DNA of 64,000 nt from Balanoglossus misakiensis (lineage: Eukaryota; Animalia; Hemichordata), in assembly GCA_040954595.2 (NCBI GenBank), contig CM082595.2, positions 3,891,943-3,955,942 of the forward strand, in the 5' to 3' direction. Shown here piece by piece: positions 25,401 to 40,400 of the stretch. Every line of letters begins with the position of its first letter. Positions within the stretch are counted from its first letter, which is position 1. The position numbers were made by a program, and so were the translations under genes. The notes below the pieces were generated by a model. That model was given only the letters and a program-made list of their open reading frames with translations, was not told the origin of the DNA and did not search any database.

Positions 25401-28400
25401 AACAAAGGAAACCAGTGATTTTTAGGAGGTTGGGGGGAAAGATCACAATGTGTTAGTGTTAGCACTTGTGGGGCCTCGGAAACTCTTTGATTACATAATA
25501 ACTTTGGTGTGTTTGCAGTATAATCTCCAAATAACCAAGGCCTATTAGGCATGAGTAATTGATTGCATAATTTATAGAAGCCATAGTAAAGCCACCATAA
25601 TCAGTTCTTTGTGAGGCATTTTATCACTTTGCAGATTTACATGTGGCAAATTGTTCAAAACACCATCAGTTGTCATGGTTACATGGGCAGTGATTTAAAT
25701 TATGTAATCGGAGAAGCTTCAGGTTGTAAATCTGCCAGTTTGTAGCCTGGAATGTGGCTTTTACCACTTGTAAATAGACCAGTATAGGTTTTCTGTTTGT
25801 TTTGTATAGCATGGCTGATGTCTGGGTGTATTGGCTGACTCTAGATCACTGGTTTCAGGTTATGATTCTGTGTACCTTTCCAATTATGTGGGATCTCCCG
25901 GAATAAACTATATTATTATACATCTAGTGCCGAGAACAATAGATTTTGGCGTGCAATAAAAAGCCGTACGGAACGGTACGTACGGAACGCGCGTTAAATA
26001 AGCCTTAGTTTCAAGGCGCCCCAAACTCACCGTGTACAGGTATGCGCTGTTATGCGAACGGTTTCAAGGCACCCGCATTCCAACGCACGTGCGCACACGT
26101 AAACAAAAAAGAAAGATGGCTGCTCACTGAGTCAACTGAGCGGTTTTCGATCGATTGTATCGGCATTTTGGGCGTTTTGAAAGCCAAGTAACATGCAACA
26201 CAAGAACTAACGGAGATGTAAGATGTATAATAATAAGGTTATTACGAAAATACCGCAAAGTATGCACTCGGACATTAGCCAGCGCATCGCCCTCCGCTGC
26301 GCGTCGGGCGATACTCAGCGCTAATGTCCTCGTGCATACTTTGCGGTATTTTCGTAATAACCTCATAGGATTGGGTAAAAAAAATAACCTACTTACATGT
26401 GCAAGAAAATTCTAGGTGTGTGCCAGCAGTTTTTGTTTCCAATCCCGAAACAATTGCGTTTGATGGCTTTTATTTTAGTAGTGTAGAACCGTCTGTTTCA
26501 GTTTGCCAGATGGTATTTCCCACGTCCATTTCGCTGTTGCTAATTTCATATCAATGGACAGGCACATGACTGTCATACGTCCATTTCTCATTCGAGGTCA
26601 TGTTTGTCATATTTATATGAAGTACGGTATGTTACTAAATGTAATAGTAGATTCTCCGTATTGAGTTGATAACACTGAAATTGTATCTGCTTCTGTTATG
26701 AAATGCATTTTTCATGTTTGTTTTGCGTTGGTATCAGTTTGTAGCTTGTGATTAAGTTATTGATTTTTGCGAGAGAGAAAAAATCTTCATGCTGTGAGAT
26801 GTGCCTTTATCTTTTCCGGTGCTGTGTTGATTTCTTGAAATGTTGAAAAATCCCATTACGGAAACAGCAGTGTAGCCGTAATGTACATTGCACATCAAAC
26901 AGTGTGGATGCACATAATCAGAATTCTTTTACCGTGATTGTTGTGATTTTGAGACGAAGGGATACAGAAAGTCTGGATGCTGATTGTTGAGACTAGAATA
27001 GATTTGGAGGATACATTTTTTCCTGACTGAATAAACAGAATACCGGAGGCTTGTTGTGGTATTTTTTGGTTCAAAATCAAATTATTTTTGATCTCATGAT
27101 AGATCCGATCGCATCAGTGTTTTGCGATTTTTCTTTGGCGTTGCCTCGATCAAATTGCTGATATTGAGTTGTTCAATTCAAGCGCGGTAATGAATTCACC
27201 TGAAAATAATGGGACACAGGCATGTGGCCTCGTCCTCGAGTGATTGGTGCTCTGCTGTGAGCCGTAAATTTACCTTGACCATCGCATTCCAATGAACTCT
27301 GTGAACTTTGCTTGGAAATTTCTCACTGAATATATCGTTTCCTCTGGAGTAGAGTTCACTTCAGTGGACTAGAAAATTATGTCGTCATGATTTAAAAATT
27401 AGGTTGTTATCAAGAAAATTAGCGTCCCTTTTGCTTTTGAAATATTGCCAAATTAACCATTGTGAATTTCAGTACAGGTAACCTTATGTTAGCTTCGGGT
27501 GTTGGTCATTTTACATTTTGGAGAGTTTCTGATTGTGTTCAATTTTTCCCATTTCAATGCCCTAATTTGGAGACTGCTTAGAGATACCATACAACCCCTT
27601 ATAAGCCATCACCCCAATTTGATTTGCTCATCAGAAAAATCGGTCGCTTCATCAACGCAGTAATTACCACTGACAAGTTGTTTTCCTTTCAGAAAATGTC
27701 ACTCTCAAGCAAATGACAGTTGGAATTGAACCAGGTATAATTCAACTGCAAGGGCTTCGCTACGTGACAAATTGTATTTCACGGAGAGTTGGATTAGCAA
27801 GTTGTCCTCAAATTAATTCTCTAGTTACAGGCCGTTTTGGTTGTTAAATATGGACTATACATGTATTGCGTATCTACGTAAGCCTCAAGTTTGTGCTTCA
27901 TAAATCCCCCTGTGTTGGTGACAGAGCGTCTTCGCGAAATTCAGGTCAAGCCCCAAATGTGTAAATCAAGATTACGCTTTCGAAATTAACTTGGGTCGTC
28001 AAATACAAATCCTCACTGACCTATAATTTGCAAAGTGTTACTTAATCAGAGGATTTTGATAGTCAAATCGAGATTACGCCCCTTAATTTCACCCCCTGTG
28101 GCATAGTAAACCTTTCTCCGTTGAGCTTCTAATACTGTTAACTGACTGACTGAAGAGCTATGGAAAAATTCCCAGGGCAAGCACTTTCAGTTCTCCAGTG
28201 GTAAAATCAACAACTTGAAACATATATAATCGGAATTAATTCACTTTCGCGTTTACGAAGGAAATTACTCTTTTATGCGCAGGTATGGAAATTACTGCAT
28301 AGCAAACTCTCATATGTGTTCTCAAGAAAAGGTTTCTTTTAAGTGGAACTCTGGAATTATCTAATTAAATATGATTTGGAAATAAACTGAATTTTAGGTG

Positions 28401-31400
28401 TGCTCTATATATTTACCGTATTCTATATAAATATTAGTGTTCTCTTCGAACAGAACAGTTGTGTGAGTGATGGTATTTGTAGTTTATTATACAGTACATT
28501 GGCTGCATATTGTCGGCCATCTTTTTTGGTATGTACCCTAAAAAGATGGCTTCTGCATGTGTGTCAGATCACATGTACATGTAGCTGTATCATTCACTTT
28601 GTCAGTGTAATGAAAACTTACTGATGGCAGATAATTGAAATTACATAACTTTAACAATATGTACATTTTGAAATTAGTAAAATGTTTACACAAGCACAAT
28701 GATATTTTCGTGTATTGGAGCGTTAATTAAATATGATTGGTATGAATGACGGTGTTGGATGAAGTCGGAGGGATGAGTAAGCAAATTACAGTGATGATTC
28801 ATAATTCTGAGTCGTGAATGAGAAAATCCAAGATGGCTATCTGTATCTTGGATTTTCTCATTCTACGGTAGTGAAAATGAATAGTGGGTAAATTGATATC
28901 ATATGATATTTGATATATTTTTTTCTGTCCAGTTTACAGCTTTGTACAGGTCTAATGTTTCATTATGGTCTAAAGTTAGCCCTCAAAAATATCAGGGCAG
29001 TGTACGAGTAATTTAGGGTTAGAATATGGAGTGACCTCTTTACAGTAATTAATTGCTGAAATACATGTATGGTTTGGGTATTTAGCCAGTATTATTGAAC
29101 AAAATTAGACTCAGTTTGTGAGGTGGACTTCTCCTTATCATGGCCATTGTATGTAGAGTCATTGATTGAGCATGTTTCAGTGTGTAGAACAACATAAGAT
29201 TTAGCTGTCAAAAATAACTGAAGATCTCGAAATTGACGTATCGTTTTCTCATGGGGTGTCAATAATGAAATACACAGCATCAGTGATGATACACACTGTT
29301 CTTCAGCATCACAGTTAGCTTTTGAACTAACTAAGGTGCACCCCCATATTGAAGGAATAATTCTTGTCTGACAGGAACTGAAGGTCGAGCCATAAACTGC
29401 GGAAATGGCAGAAGTTCTCTTGTATTCCCGGCAAGCAATTTGTCCCTGAAATTCTCTGAATCACCAGCACGTCAAATGAATATATTGGCTTCCTGTTTAT
29501 TGCAGAGCGCGCCGTGATATTAAATTCAATATTCAATTTATAAGATGTGATTTTGTACAGAAAAATTTATTTGATAGGAGATCCATGTATGATGTAACTC
29601 AATATTAGTATTTTTCCTTGAAAAGACTTAAAAATGATCAGTCGGAAATCGCTTTCATGGAAAAGTGTTAATACAAAATCGAGTTTAGTCAGTACTGTGG
29701 TTTGACCTGGGGCTAAAGGGTATGAGATAATTAGCAATGTTTGTTGTTAATTACAGTGTATGTGATGTGATTGACATTTGGATAGATAGAAAGTGTGAAA
29801 TGAAGTGTGATAAATACAGGACTGGGGTTATAATTGATTTAATTAATATGTTTTTGTCTTTACTTGACTTTATTGTGATCGATTTGTGAATGTAAAATTA
29901 TGAAACGGTTGTTTAATTAAACAGGGTAACTCCAGTATCGATTATTAATATTAGCCAACAGCATCAAATTTACCCAAATACTCATCGTGAAACGAGTTTC
30001 TTCTAAAGTCAGAGGGTCGTGACTGATTTTCTTCCCATTTGTGGGCGGGCGTATTCACTTCCTTTTGAGTGCTGCCCACTTTGATTTGAAGTAAAAAGAC
30101 ACGAAAATTGGTCTAGACTCAATCCATTCCCGTTGCGTTGTAAATTTCTCCAGCGGATTTGAAACAATGAAGAGAGACTATTTTGATTCTGAAGCCGGCA
30201 CTCGTATTCCGAGAATGGTTCCCATGGGTCTGGGCAGGACGTGACTAGCCTGCGAAGGCCTGACAGTAAATTTAAACGGGTCTGTCTCCGATTGTGGATG
30301 CCAAGAACATGTAAATTGCATCAGCCTTTAGTCGACCTTCCATAGATTTAAGCACTGCTTTGAATTCAAATTGTGTCCTGGATCTGTCTGTTCAACATAT
30401 ACAAGTCGTAGTTATAATTTCCATTGGATCACATAACATTACTGAAATGTAATATGCAGTGTCTGTCTTAGAACATGAAAATTTGATGATTTATTGCACA
30501 TTTTAATTCTGTTTATTGCTATATATAAAATGCGACATTGTACTATTCAGCTTGGAAAAAACTGCGATATTTCATTATGTGACGTACATGTCTGACAGAT
30601 TGAGCGTGAATACCAGTTAGTGTATGTGGTAACATTTGTCTATTTTTTTTTTTTATTTTGCAGACAATAAACACAAACCATGGTTTCCGGATGAATTTTT
30701 CCATGGCGAGATAAATGAAAATGAACGGTTAGTGCAGCTCCATCCGGCGCTAGTGGCCCAGGATGATGACGAGGGAAATGCCGGAAAAATATGCGGCTAC
30801 GAAATCAGCGACAAGGGAATGCCGTTTTTTGTGGAGGTCGACGAAAACACGGGCGAGGGATTTTTAAAAGCGACAGAACCCGCAGATTGTGAAAAGACGC
30901 GAGATTACACATTTTATATACAGGCTTTCGACTGTGGAGAGCCCAGGAGATATTCACACAAGTAAGTATCCTTATATTGTTGCAAGGTCATTGATCAGTG
31001 GCGGGGTCTTGTAAATATCCAGCCATTACCACTGATCTGCTTGCCGAGAGGGTTACCATTCAGGGATCAAATGTTTGGTTTTTGTTTGGGTGGTACGAAG
31101 CCAGAAGCGCTACAGGCTAGGCTAACAATGGTGTTGAAATTTTCACGTCCGAATTATGCGTGTAATAGAGTATACCCATTGTTGGCATCTGGTCAAAGTC
31201 ATCTGAAGTCTCAGACCAGAAGGTGGCCTGTTGGCCGCATGGTGTGATTGTTGATCACAGAGTCCACGGAGCCATTGTCCCCTTGGGTAACCCCTTCACC
31301 TCCATGGTTTGGTCCAAATCCATTGTTTCCTATGTTAAAGTTGGACCTGTAAAGATGGAACCGGGGGGTGAAAGGGTTCAGTACTTTGAGCCAGCGAGCC

Positions 31401-34400
31401 ATCAATCAGGCGGTATCAACCACAGTTGAAAGGATCATGGCACTCCTTGTATGACGGCGTTGCAAAGTTCAGATTCGGGCAGGGCTGTGAAAACATAATC
31501 AGTACCACAACACTGGTAGTAAGACTGTGGTAAGCTTTACATAGATCGACATGCATAGCAGGAGGGTTAGAAAGTCATCTCATGATTCTCATCTCCATTC
31601 TTCTCAGTGGAAGTCGTGGACCGTGTGATTTTACTGTTAATGATGCATTGAAAAGTCACAAGAAAAGGCAACTGAACTATCACAGAAAAAAAAGAGAGGA
31701 AAAAAACTGCCCAAGGCAACTTCACTTGTTAAAACGGCTGAACAGAAACCATCCATTGTCGGAACTGTTTTGGCTGCAGCTGCTGTTTTGGGTTACAACA
31801 TTTTCGCATTAACCGCATGTTGCCTTGGCGTCTCCATAGACACCAATCTCTGTCCCTCCACACACACGCACGCACGCACACACACATAACACACGCACAC
31901 ACACATCTGTCCATCACACACAAACGCGTGCACACAGCCAAGTGTCCTTTCAGTTTCCAGACTCTTGGGAACCAGACCTATGGAATAAAATGGAGAGAAA
32001 CTGATTCTAGACTTAATTGAATACGCAAGCCTATACCCAGGGTGATTGCATTGACAACCGGTCGCCAGGCAGATATAAAACAACTGGGTACGGTCACCAT
32101 CGATGACCCCAGGGAGCTCGGCAGATCTCCTTTCTAAATGCAATTTGTTGTCAGGTTCACCATGCATTATACTGTGTCCTGTTTAAGATGTGTACTGCTT
32201 GCCGATAATCCACTGTCAAGTTTCCCCCTCCTCAATCAGGTAATTGAACATACAGTGGAAATTACATTAGCAATTGGCCTGCTGGGTTCTTGCTAAGGAA
32301 AAAATAGATTACAGGAAAAAAAATGCAAGTCGGTATTAATGGATGTTTAAACAAGTTGGCCATTCTGAGGCAATGTAAAGATAGGCCGGGGTACTCATGC
32401 GAAGAAAAATGTACCAAGATATCTGCCTATAATTTTCTGTTTGGATGAATATGTATGAGTTTGACGATATTGGTTAGGGTCGGGTTTCAAAATGAGCTTT
32501 ATTGATAAAAACAAACTGTCTTGAATATATATGTCGAAGCTCTGATTTTGATACTTGAGCTGTCAAATGTACATAGAAGACAAGACTTGAACCAAGTCTA
32601 GGAGACTGGAAAGTTGAATGATCTAGAGCAGATGATACCAACACAAATAGCAGTAGCAATGTTGGAATTGAAAACAGTAGGCCTTTATACTGCTGCGTTA
32701 TCAGGAAAACACTTATTTCTCCTGGGAATTTTCAGGTCATGTGTTATCCCGAAGTTGAACTGCGCCCTGGTGGGAAAGCTTGTACTTTGTGTATACATTA
32801 CATGACCTCGTCTTGTCCGAACAATGTAATTCCTGTTATGTTTAATTGATGGTCGGTTTTCGACAGCAATGCAGAGGGTGGTACTGTGTGAAGTAATCGT
32901 ACAATTGTCCGAGTAACCAGGAATAATTTTTATGGGTACTCTACTGGTGGATGTGTCAGCACCTTTTGAGAATCGGAAATTACTGGTTCTCTTTGTAGTA
33001 GCATTGGGCAGGGGCACCCAACACCCACCATTACCTCACTTTACAACATTCCTAAGAAAAACTGCAAGATCAGGTAGCAGGTGATACGCACAGTGTAGAA
33101 CACTGATCAAAGATGGTCTCTGTTTGCAGAGGAATTTGGGAATTTTTTGCGATGGAAATGGGTCATGACTTATTAAATTTGGTGATTGCTTAGTTACCCT
33201 AACTTTTGCCGTAGTAAAACAGTACTGGTATTGTTCAGGTTTGAAACTGGCCAAGAATTTGTTTGTCTGAAGATTTGTTCTGACAAAATTTAAGTTGGGA
33301 TATTATAAACAAGTTGTTCACAGTGGATTGGTTTTCGTAAATAAATAATCAGATGAAAGGAGCGTGTGGGTTTGCACAAATCCCAAAGGATTTTAGTATC
33401 ACCTGATATTATTTTAAAAGTTAACATGAGCACGTACGCGTCCATCAGTAGAAAAAGTGTATGTTGATGGTGAATTCACTTGCTTTATTTACTCTGCAGA
33501 GCCCGGGTGCATATAGAAGTCAATGATGTCAACGAACACATGCCGTACTTCACGTCGACGGACGGATATGAAGCCGATGTAGATGAGGGAAAACTGTACG
33601 ACAAGATTGTTCAGCTGGAAGCGAAGGATGACGACTGTTCTCCAGCCTTTTCTCAGATCTGTGATTACGAAATCGTCACACCCAGCGTACCATTCAACAT
33701 CAGTCGAGAAGGTAAGGTTTTTTCACTTCTCCGTGTGATTAGAAATGTTTCTCTGTATCTGAAATCATCTTATGCAGGTTTTTCAGAAAATAAGAGGTTT
33801 GATACAGAGTTCATATACATGTATCTGCAAGTCCCATATCAGAATAGTAACCACTGAAAATAGGACTGGGGTTGTGTTGGGTACTCAACTTTATCACACG
33901 CATTTGCGGGGCACCTGATGGCCAAAACTCACTCAGGAAATCATCCCATAACCAAATTTCATCAACTGATATCTTTTTTGCACTTCTGTTCTTGTAACCC
34001 TAGGTCTGATCAGAAACACAGAGGCCTTGTCACATGAGAAGAGCACAAACTACATCCTGGCTGTTCGAGCCTACGACTGTGGTGGCAAGAGAAGTACCAC
34101 GGTGTTGGTTACCATCAATGTCAACAAAATATGCACACCTGGTTGGCAAGGTGAGGATAATATTTTGTATAGGTGAAGAAGTTACATTCCAAGCAGAGAC
34201 AGAGATATACAAACATGTATGCATTTCTACATCCATACACTATACATACACACATCCATCCATCCATCCGTCCATTCATTCATTCATTCATTCATTCATT
34301 CATTCATTCATTCATTCATTCATTCATTCATTCATTCATCCATCCATCCATCCATCCATCCATCCATCCATCCATCCATCCATATACATACATACATACA

Positions 34401-37400
34401 TACATACATACATACATACATACATACATACATACATACATACATACATACACACACACGCACACTACATACATACTGAATTGTGACTAATGCATGTCTT
34501 ACTGTTCTTCCTATCTTTCAGGAATTCCTACGCGTATCGAATATCAAGCTGGATCAGGACGCGAACAGATCGCCCCGAAGATGTACCTTGACACGTGCGC
34601 CGCACCAATCTGTGAAGACAGTACAATTGAAGCCACAATCTCATTAGAAACAGACCACATCGGCAAAGGATGTGACCGAGACACCTATTCTGAAAAGTCT
34701 CTCCGTAAATTATGCGGTAAGTATCCATTCTAGGACATCTCAGTACATTCATTGCTTGTATTCAGTGCAAGCTAATATCAAGGTTCTGATTAGTGGCAAG
34801 GTTGGTTCACGATAAAACCAGTTAAGTAGGAAATTACCCTCACAGTGCCTCAGGATAATGAAAAATTGAAGAAACAAGTCTTTGACAATATGAACAATAA
34901 CTGACATGTAAATTACCAGCTGATTATAAATATAACTGCAAATTGGTGTTGTTGCTAATATATATCAATTTTGAGTATGAATCATTTTGTTGAGTTTTAT
35001 AAATAATTAAGATGGCCTGATGATAATGAAGAAAAATAAGTGGAGAGGTCACGTCGTTAGATTGCTGTGTCTGTTGATTGTCAATGGTTGGCAGTGTTGC
35101 TAATTTGATTCATCATTGAGTCATGAAGTTAATGTGCGTCAGTCTATGTGATGGCGGCAGAATTTTATTCCCCGTCTACATCAGCATTTTCCGTACAAAA
35201 GCAGTTCTGCGGTTGCCATGGTTTTTTCATGATTTTTTTAGCTTTTGATGTAATCGTGACGACAGCTTAGGAATTTTTGCTGTCTCCGTGTTTTGGGTGG
35301 AATTGAAAAATACCTTTGGCTTAGATATCTGGAGTGTGGATATTATGGGGCCAGGAGAAGGTGTTTCCACCGGCGACGTGAGTGAGTGAATGACTACAGT
35401 GTATTAATCTCCTCCGTAAGGTTCTGCTCAAGCCCGTGGGGCAAATTGTTGATGCGTGCTGTGTCATCAGCACTAGATAGACTCTCTGATATCGAAATCA
35501 TTGATGTCAGGAATAGTGGGCTTTGAAGACAGCGGGCAATGTGAACGCGAGGTTTTACTTTTACAGTGGGATTATTTTTTGTGTGAAGACTGAATATACA
35601 AGACCTTGGCTGACCTGAGCGTGTATTTGAAAAGGTCATGTCAGCTTTTATTTATTTAGGGTGTGCGCTCTGTCTATGTAATGTGTTACTAAATCATCTG
35701 TAATTGTTTGATATGAGGAGTTTTTGATTCTCTTGGAATTGGAACTGAAGGAGATAAGAAGGGGCAGAGAGAGAAGGAATAAAAATTGTAATTTTAAAAG
35801 CGAGAATATTTGCGCAGAGAAGAAGAAAAAAATTGAAGAAAAAAGAAATATTTCCCCCTTAGTTGTACAGGTGTTTTCTGTCTTGTGAGTTTTGTTGTCA
35901 ATTCTTGACTTAAAGGAGACATAACTTCCGCTGGATTCTGATTTGTAATCATTGAGATTAGAATCTGCGTGTTACACAGCACTGATGAAAGAAATACCAG
36001 TGACTGTTGTCAAAAATGTGGACTGTATACCGTGCGTATTATATTCCTGTTCCTCTGTGCGTGTGTTTACTGGGAGAGAATTTGGAAATGATTTTGCTGC
36101 CAGATGCCATTCCAGGAGACTTGGTCTCATGCTGCATATCACTGCTGTTTCTCACTGCGTGTATATTGTTTGGAAGAGAAATCTTCAACTATTTGCCTCT
36201 TGTATTTGCCTGACTGGGTCGTCCAATCTAGCTAAAAGCCTTCATTCCTGTCTGTGTGTAATGTGGGATTTGCTTTCCTGTGAAGACTATATGTTTTGTC
36301 TGTGTTTCATCTGACCGTAACAGTGGTTGAATTGAATGAGCAGCATTGTTTGGCAAAGTCTGGCTGATTTGAGAGAGCTTGTGGTATGTCTACTTACCTT
36401 GCGTAGATAGAAGTCTTAGTTGAGAATATCTGATTTCCGGCTGTAGGAACTAACTCAAAATTGATGCCTTTTTGGTATCTTAAGGTTTGAAATTAGAGGA
36501 AGCACTCGAGAAATGACATGAACGTTGATCTGATGAGAATAATTTGTCATGTCTTTAAATTAAAGCTTCATTATGTGTCACTGTGTCTTGCTGAGCTTGG
36601 TTCGTTACATGATAAAATGTAATTGGTGAAGTGGTTTTGGAAACCGCTTGTGATGTTCGCGTCGTGTCTTTCTTGCATTCTTTATTCCACACACTAAGTG
36701 TTGTTTCATTCCCACCACTTTCCAGGTGCAACATCCGGAAGCATTGAACTACTTCCATCGCCCGGAACTGGCCACTCCTGGACGGAAGAGCTGGAAACTG
36801 ACGAAGGAAAAGAAAGCGACCAGATCTACGAATTCGACGGCGAGACCACCTCGGTTGCAGTGCCGGATAATGTCATTCCCAGTAATTTGACACAACAGTT
36901 TACCATCTCCACATGGATGAAGCATGGTCCCAACTACGGAGAAGGAAAAGAAACCATTCTATGTAAATCAGATCAAGCTGGTAAGTTATCTTGGAATCTA
37001 TAATACATTTACAGTACATTGTAGGACATGTATAGTACATGAACAGTACAAGTATGAGGGTCTCAATCCAAGATACATAGCCAAAAGTGGCCACTATTTT
37101 TCCATCATCTTTGTACTTGCTCTAAATTAAATTTATAGACATTCCCGACTGAGGACACTTCTCAACTAACTCTGTACATAAAAAGCTATTGTCAGAAATC
37201 ATTGTATGAAGATATTTTTTTTTTTGCCATTCTAATATGAGGCATACATTGTCTTGTTGTTCTCCAGGTCTCAACCGTCACCATCTTTCCCTGTATGTTC
37301 ACAACTGCCGCCTGGTGTTCCTTCTCCGACGCGACTTCGGCAACTTGGAGACGTTCCGACCGGCGGAATTCCGGTGGAAGATCGACCAGGTGTGCGACAA

Positions 37401-40400
37401 GGCCTGGCATCACTACGTGTTGAACGTGGACTTCCCCCAGGTGACTCTGTTTGTGGATGGCGAGGAGAACGACCCCCATCACATTACAGAAGACTGGCCC
37501 TTGCACAAGACGAGCTTTGGCACTCGGTGGACCGTGGGAGCTGCTTGGGAAGGTATGTCTGGACATTCACTGCTAGTTTTTAACACTTTCACCACCATGA
37601 TTCAGTCCATAGCCAGCTGTCAGCCCTTAGCTACACAACTGATCATAACAAGGTGGATAGACTCTCATAACTGTCGTCTGTTATATGGGGATCACACACT
37701 TACACCATCAAGGTGGTTCTGAAGCATCTCAGATCAGATACTGTCAATTGGACCGAGCCTCAGCGCTTACACACAAACTTTGTGTGTGTGTGTGTGTGTG
37801 TGGACACAAGGCAACTCAAATGATTAATGCTCTGTGTTTACCATAGTAAACAAATAGTGTCTCAAATTTTACTGTGTGTGAACCTGGTATTACACACTGA
37901 GATTTCTGTTGTCAGCCGAGTTTAACACTTGCTGTTGTGATGTCTTCTTCCAGGAGCGGATGCTGAATACGCCCAGCACTTGAACGGTTACCTGGCCGGT
38001 CTCACAGTCCGACCGGCCAGCACGGAGACTGAGCGTGTCATCAGCTGTCTGCACGGATGCAAGGAAAGCCTGGAGTTCCATGCCTTCGACCTCCTCGAGC
38101 CCGGCCAAGAAGCGACCATCAATCCGACACAGTCTTCACTCACTCTTAAGGTGTGTAGATGTTCATGAGTTTATCTTGCAATAATAGATATGTACAGCAT
38201 ATGTAATAGGTGGTGTACACTCAGACAGACAGACACACACACACATGCACACACAAACAGACAGACAGAGAGAGAGGCATCATTTCCGTTTAGTATTCCC
38301 CAGCACAAGATAGCTTTGTGTATATATTCATATCGCAGGAAAAACATATGGAGAGTATTGTTTATTAAAGCTAAATTAGAGTTGTGCTGTGATTTCCAGT
38401 GATATTTTGTGTCTCTCTTTTTGTGTATGATGTTTTATATAACTCAATTTTCCATCCTTTCTCCTCACATCAGGGTAAACTCATTGGTGACAACTTCATC
38501 AAAGTCATGCAGCGTGTGGCGTATGTCAACTCGCGTCAGTTCCCGACACCAGGAAAGAGAGCCCTCAAGATTGAAACAAGAGCACAGTAAGTTCATGTAC
38601 ACTAAAACCTCTCTAAACTGAACTCTCTCTAATCTGGAAAGCTGATGATATTGTTAAACCTGTCTATAGAGGCCAATGAAGGGACTTTTCTAAACTGGCT
38701 TTCTAGACATGCGGCCTGTATCGACTGGTCAACTATTGTATATGTTAATTGCACAGAGACTGTAACAAAGTGGACACTATATAGAGCTGGCTACTAACAC
38801 ATGTTTGACTGTAATGTATAATTCTCCCATAGATGTGATGGAGCAGACATCCTTGTCCCCGATGTCAACACCTACATCATGGTCCTGCAGCCACCAGAGC
38901 CAACCATCACAATCACCGGAACGCAGCACCACGCCCACAAAGTGCTCGACTTCCAGACCGGAATCACTCTGTTCAAGGATGTCCATGTCATGAGCGTACT
39001 GGAAGAAGAACAAGAAGAAGCTGAGGAGGATGACTCTTCTTTTGATGGTAAGAAATGTTTGTAGCTCTCAGATTTAGGATCTGGTTCACTTAGTGGACAC
39101 GACTATACCCCATGGGCGATACCATGGTTTTTTAGGGTTAGGGTTAGGAGGGTTAGGGGTTAAACTCACCCTCACATTGCCACCCCTAACCCTCCTAACC
39201 CTAACCCTAACTCACCCTCATTGCCATGGTATCGTTGCCAGGGGGTATAGTCGTGTCCACTAAGTGAACCAGATCCTAGATTCATTTAGGATTGTTTGAT
39301 GTAGAAGTACCTCGACCCCATAACCTCCGCCTCTACTTGGCAGTCTTATCTCCACTGTGATCTCATTCCATGTTTTCCTGATTGTGACCGTATTCCGTAT
39401 GTACTGACGGAATAATTCCCATTCTTACCTGTTTGCAGCCGTGAATATCGCCCATAACTTGGACGCCTGTCAAATCAGAGTAGCCCCACCTCTGGACCTC
39501 AGCCACGAGAAACTCGAAGTACCCGCGTCGGAACTCCAAAAGTGGAGACTAGAAAAGTACAACACTACAGAAGAACTTATCATCAGAGGTAAGTCAGAAA
39601 AGACGACTTGAATTTTAGTGTATTCATATTTCTTGGCATTCATAGTATCACGTGTGAGTCTGTCATGTTTGCTGTAAGCAAGAATTGAATTCCTATGTTG
39701 ACTGATAATCATCTACCTTCTCTTTTCTCGTAACTACAGGCGTGGACTCCATCACCAACTATGAAGACATCCTTCGTAATGTTGTGTACATCAACACAGA
39801 CGCTGGAAAATACTTCGACCGTGAATTCACCCTACAGTGTTCGGAACTCAGTGGTCGCTTTATAAGCAATACTCTAGAAGTCCAGGTGGGTTGAATTGAC
39901 AAAAATTACTATATTTTTAATTGAGAGAATACCTCAATCTTCTCCTTATCTTTAGTCGACAAATGACACAACATGTATTTTGACTTATAACCCATGTGCG
40001 CATTGTATGATAGTTGTGTACTCTTGCAATTCAATGCCCACCATTGCCCTCACCCCTGTCTCTCCAAAATGTATACTGACATCGTGTTCTGTCCACACAG
40101 GTCAATGTTCTACACACCAGCTTCCCAGGACCCAAAGTCAACCACGACAAAGGCAATGAACACATGAAGGTGAACTTCAAACACAATTCAATCAGCAAAC
40201 AGGAAATTGGCAAAGATCCCGGCTCGTCAAGTAAAAGCATTGCAAGCAAAACGGGTAAGGCTTTTGTCTTGAAATTCATTAATAAACTTGTTCATTTATT
40301 TATTTTATTTATTCATTTGTTTTTCCATTGTTCGTTCGTTCGTTCGTTCATTCATTCATCCATCCATTTGTCCGTTCGTTCGTTCATTCATTCATTCTTT

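Noticed and set aside
26124-26415. Mirror ORFs on both strands ([15 protein letters not shown])
   Set aside because: Artefact of a palindromic repeat
34034-34490. ORFs rich in IHSF/IHTY repeats (also 57071-57604)
   Set aside because: Translations of tetranucleotide microsatellites in introns
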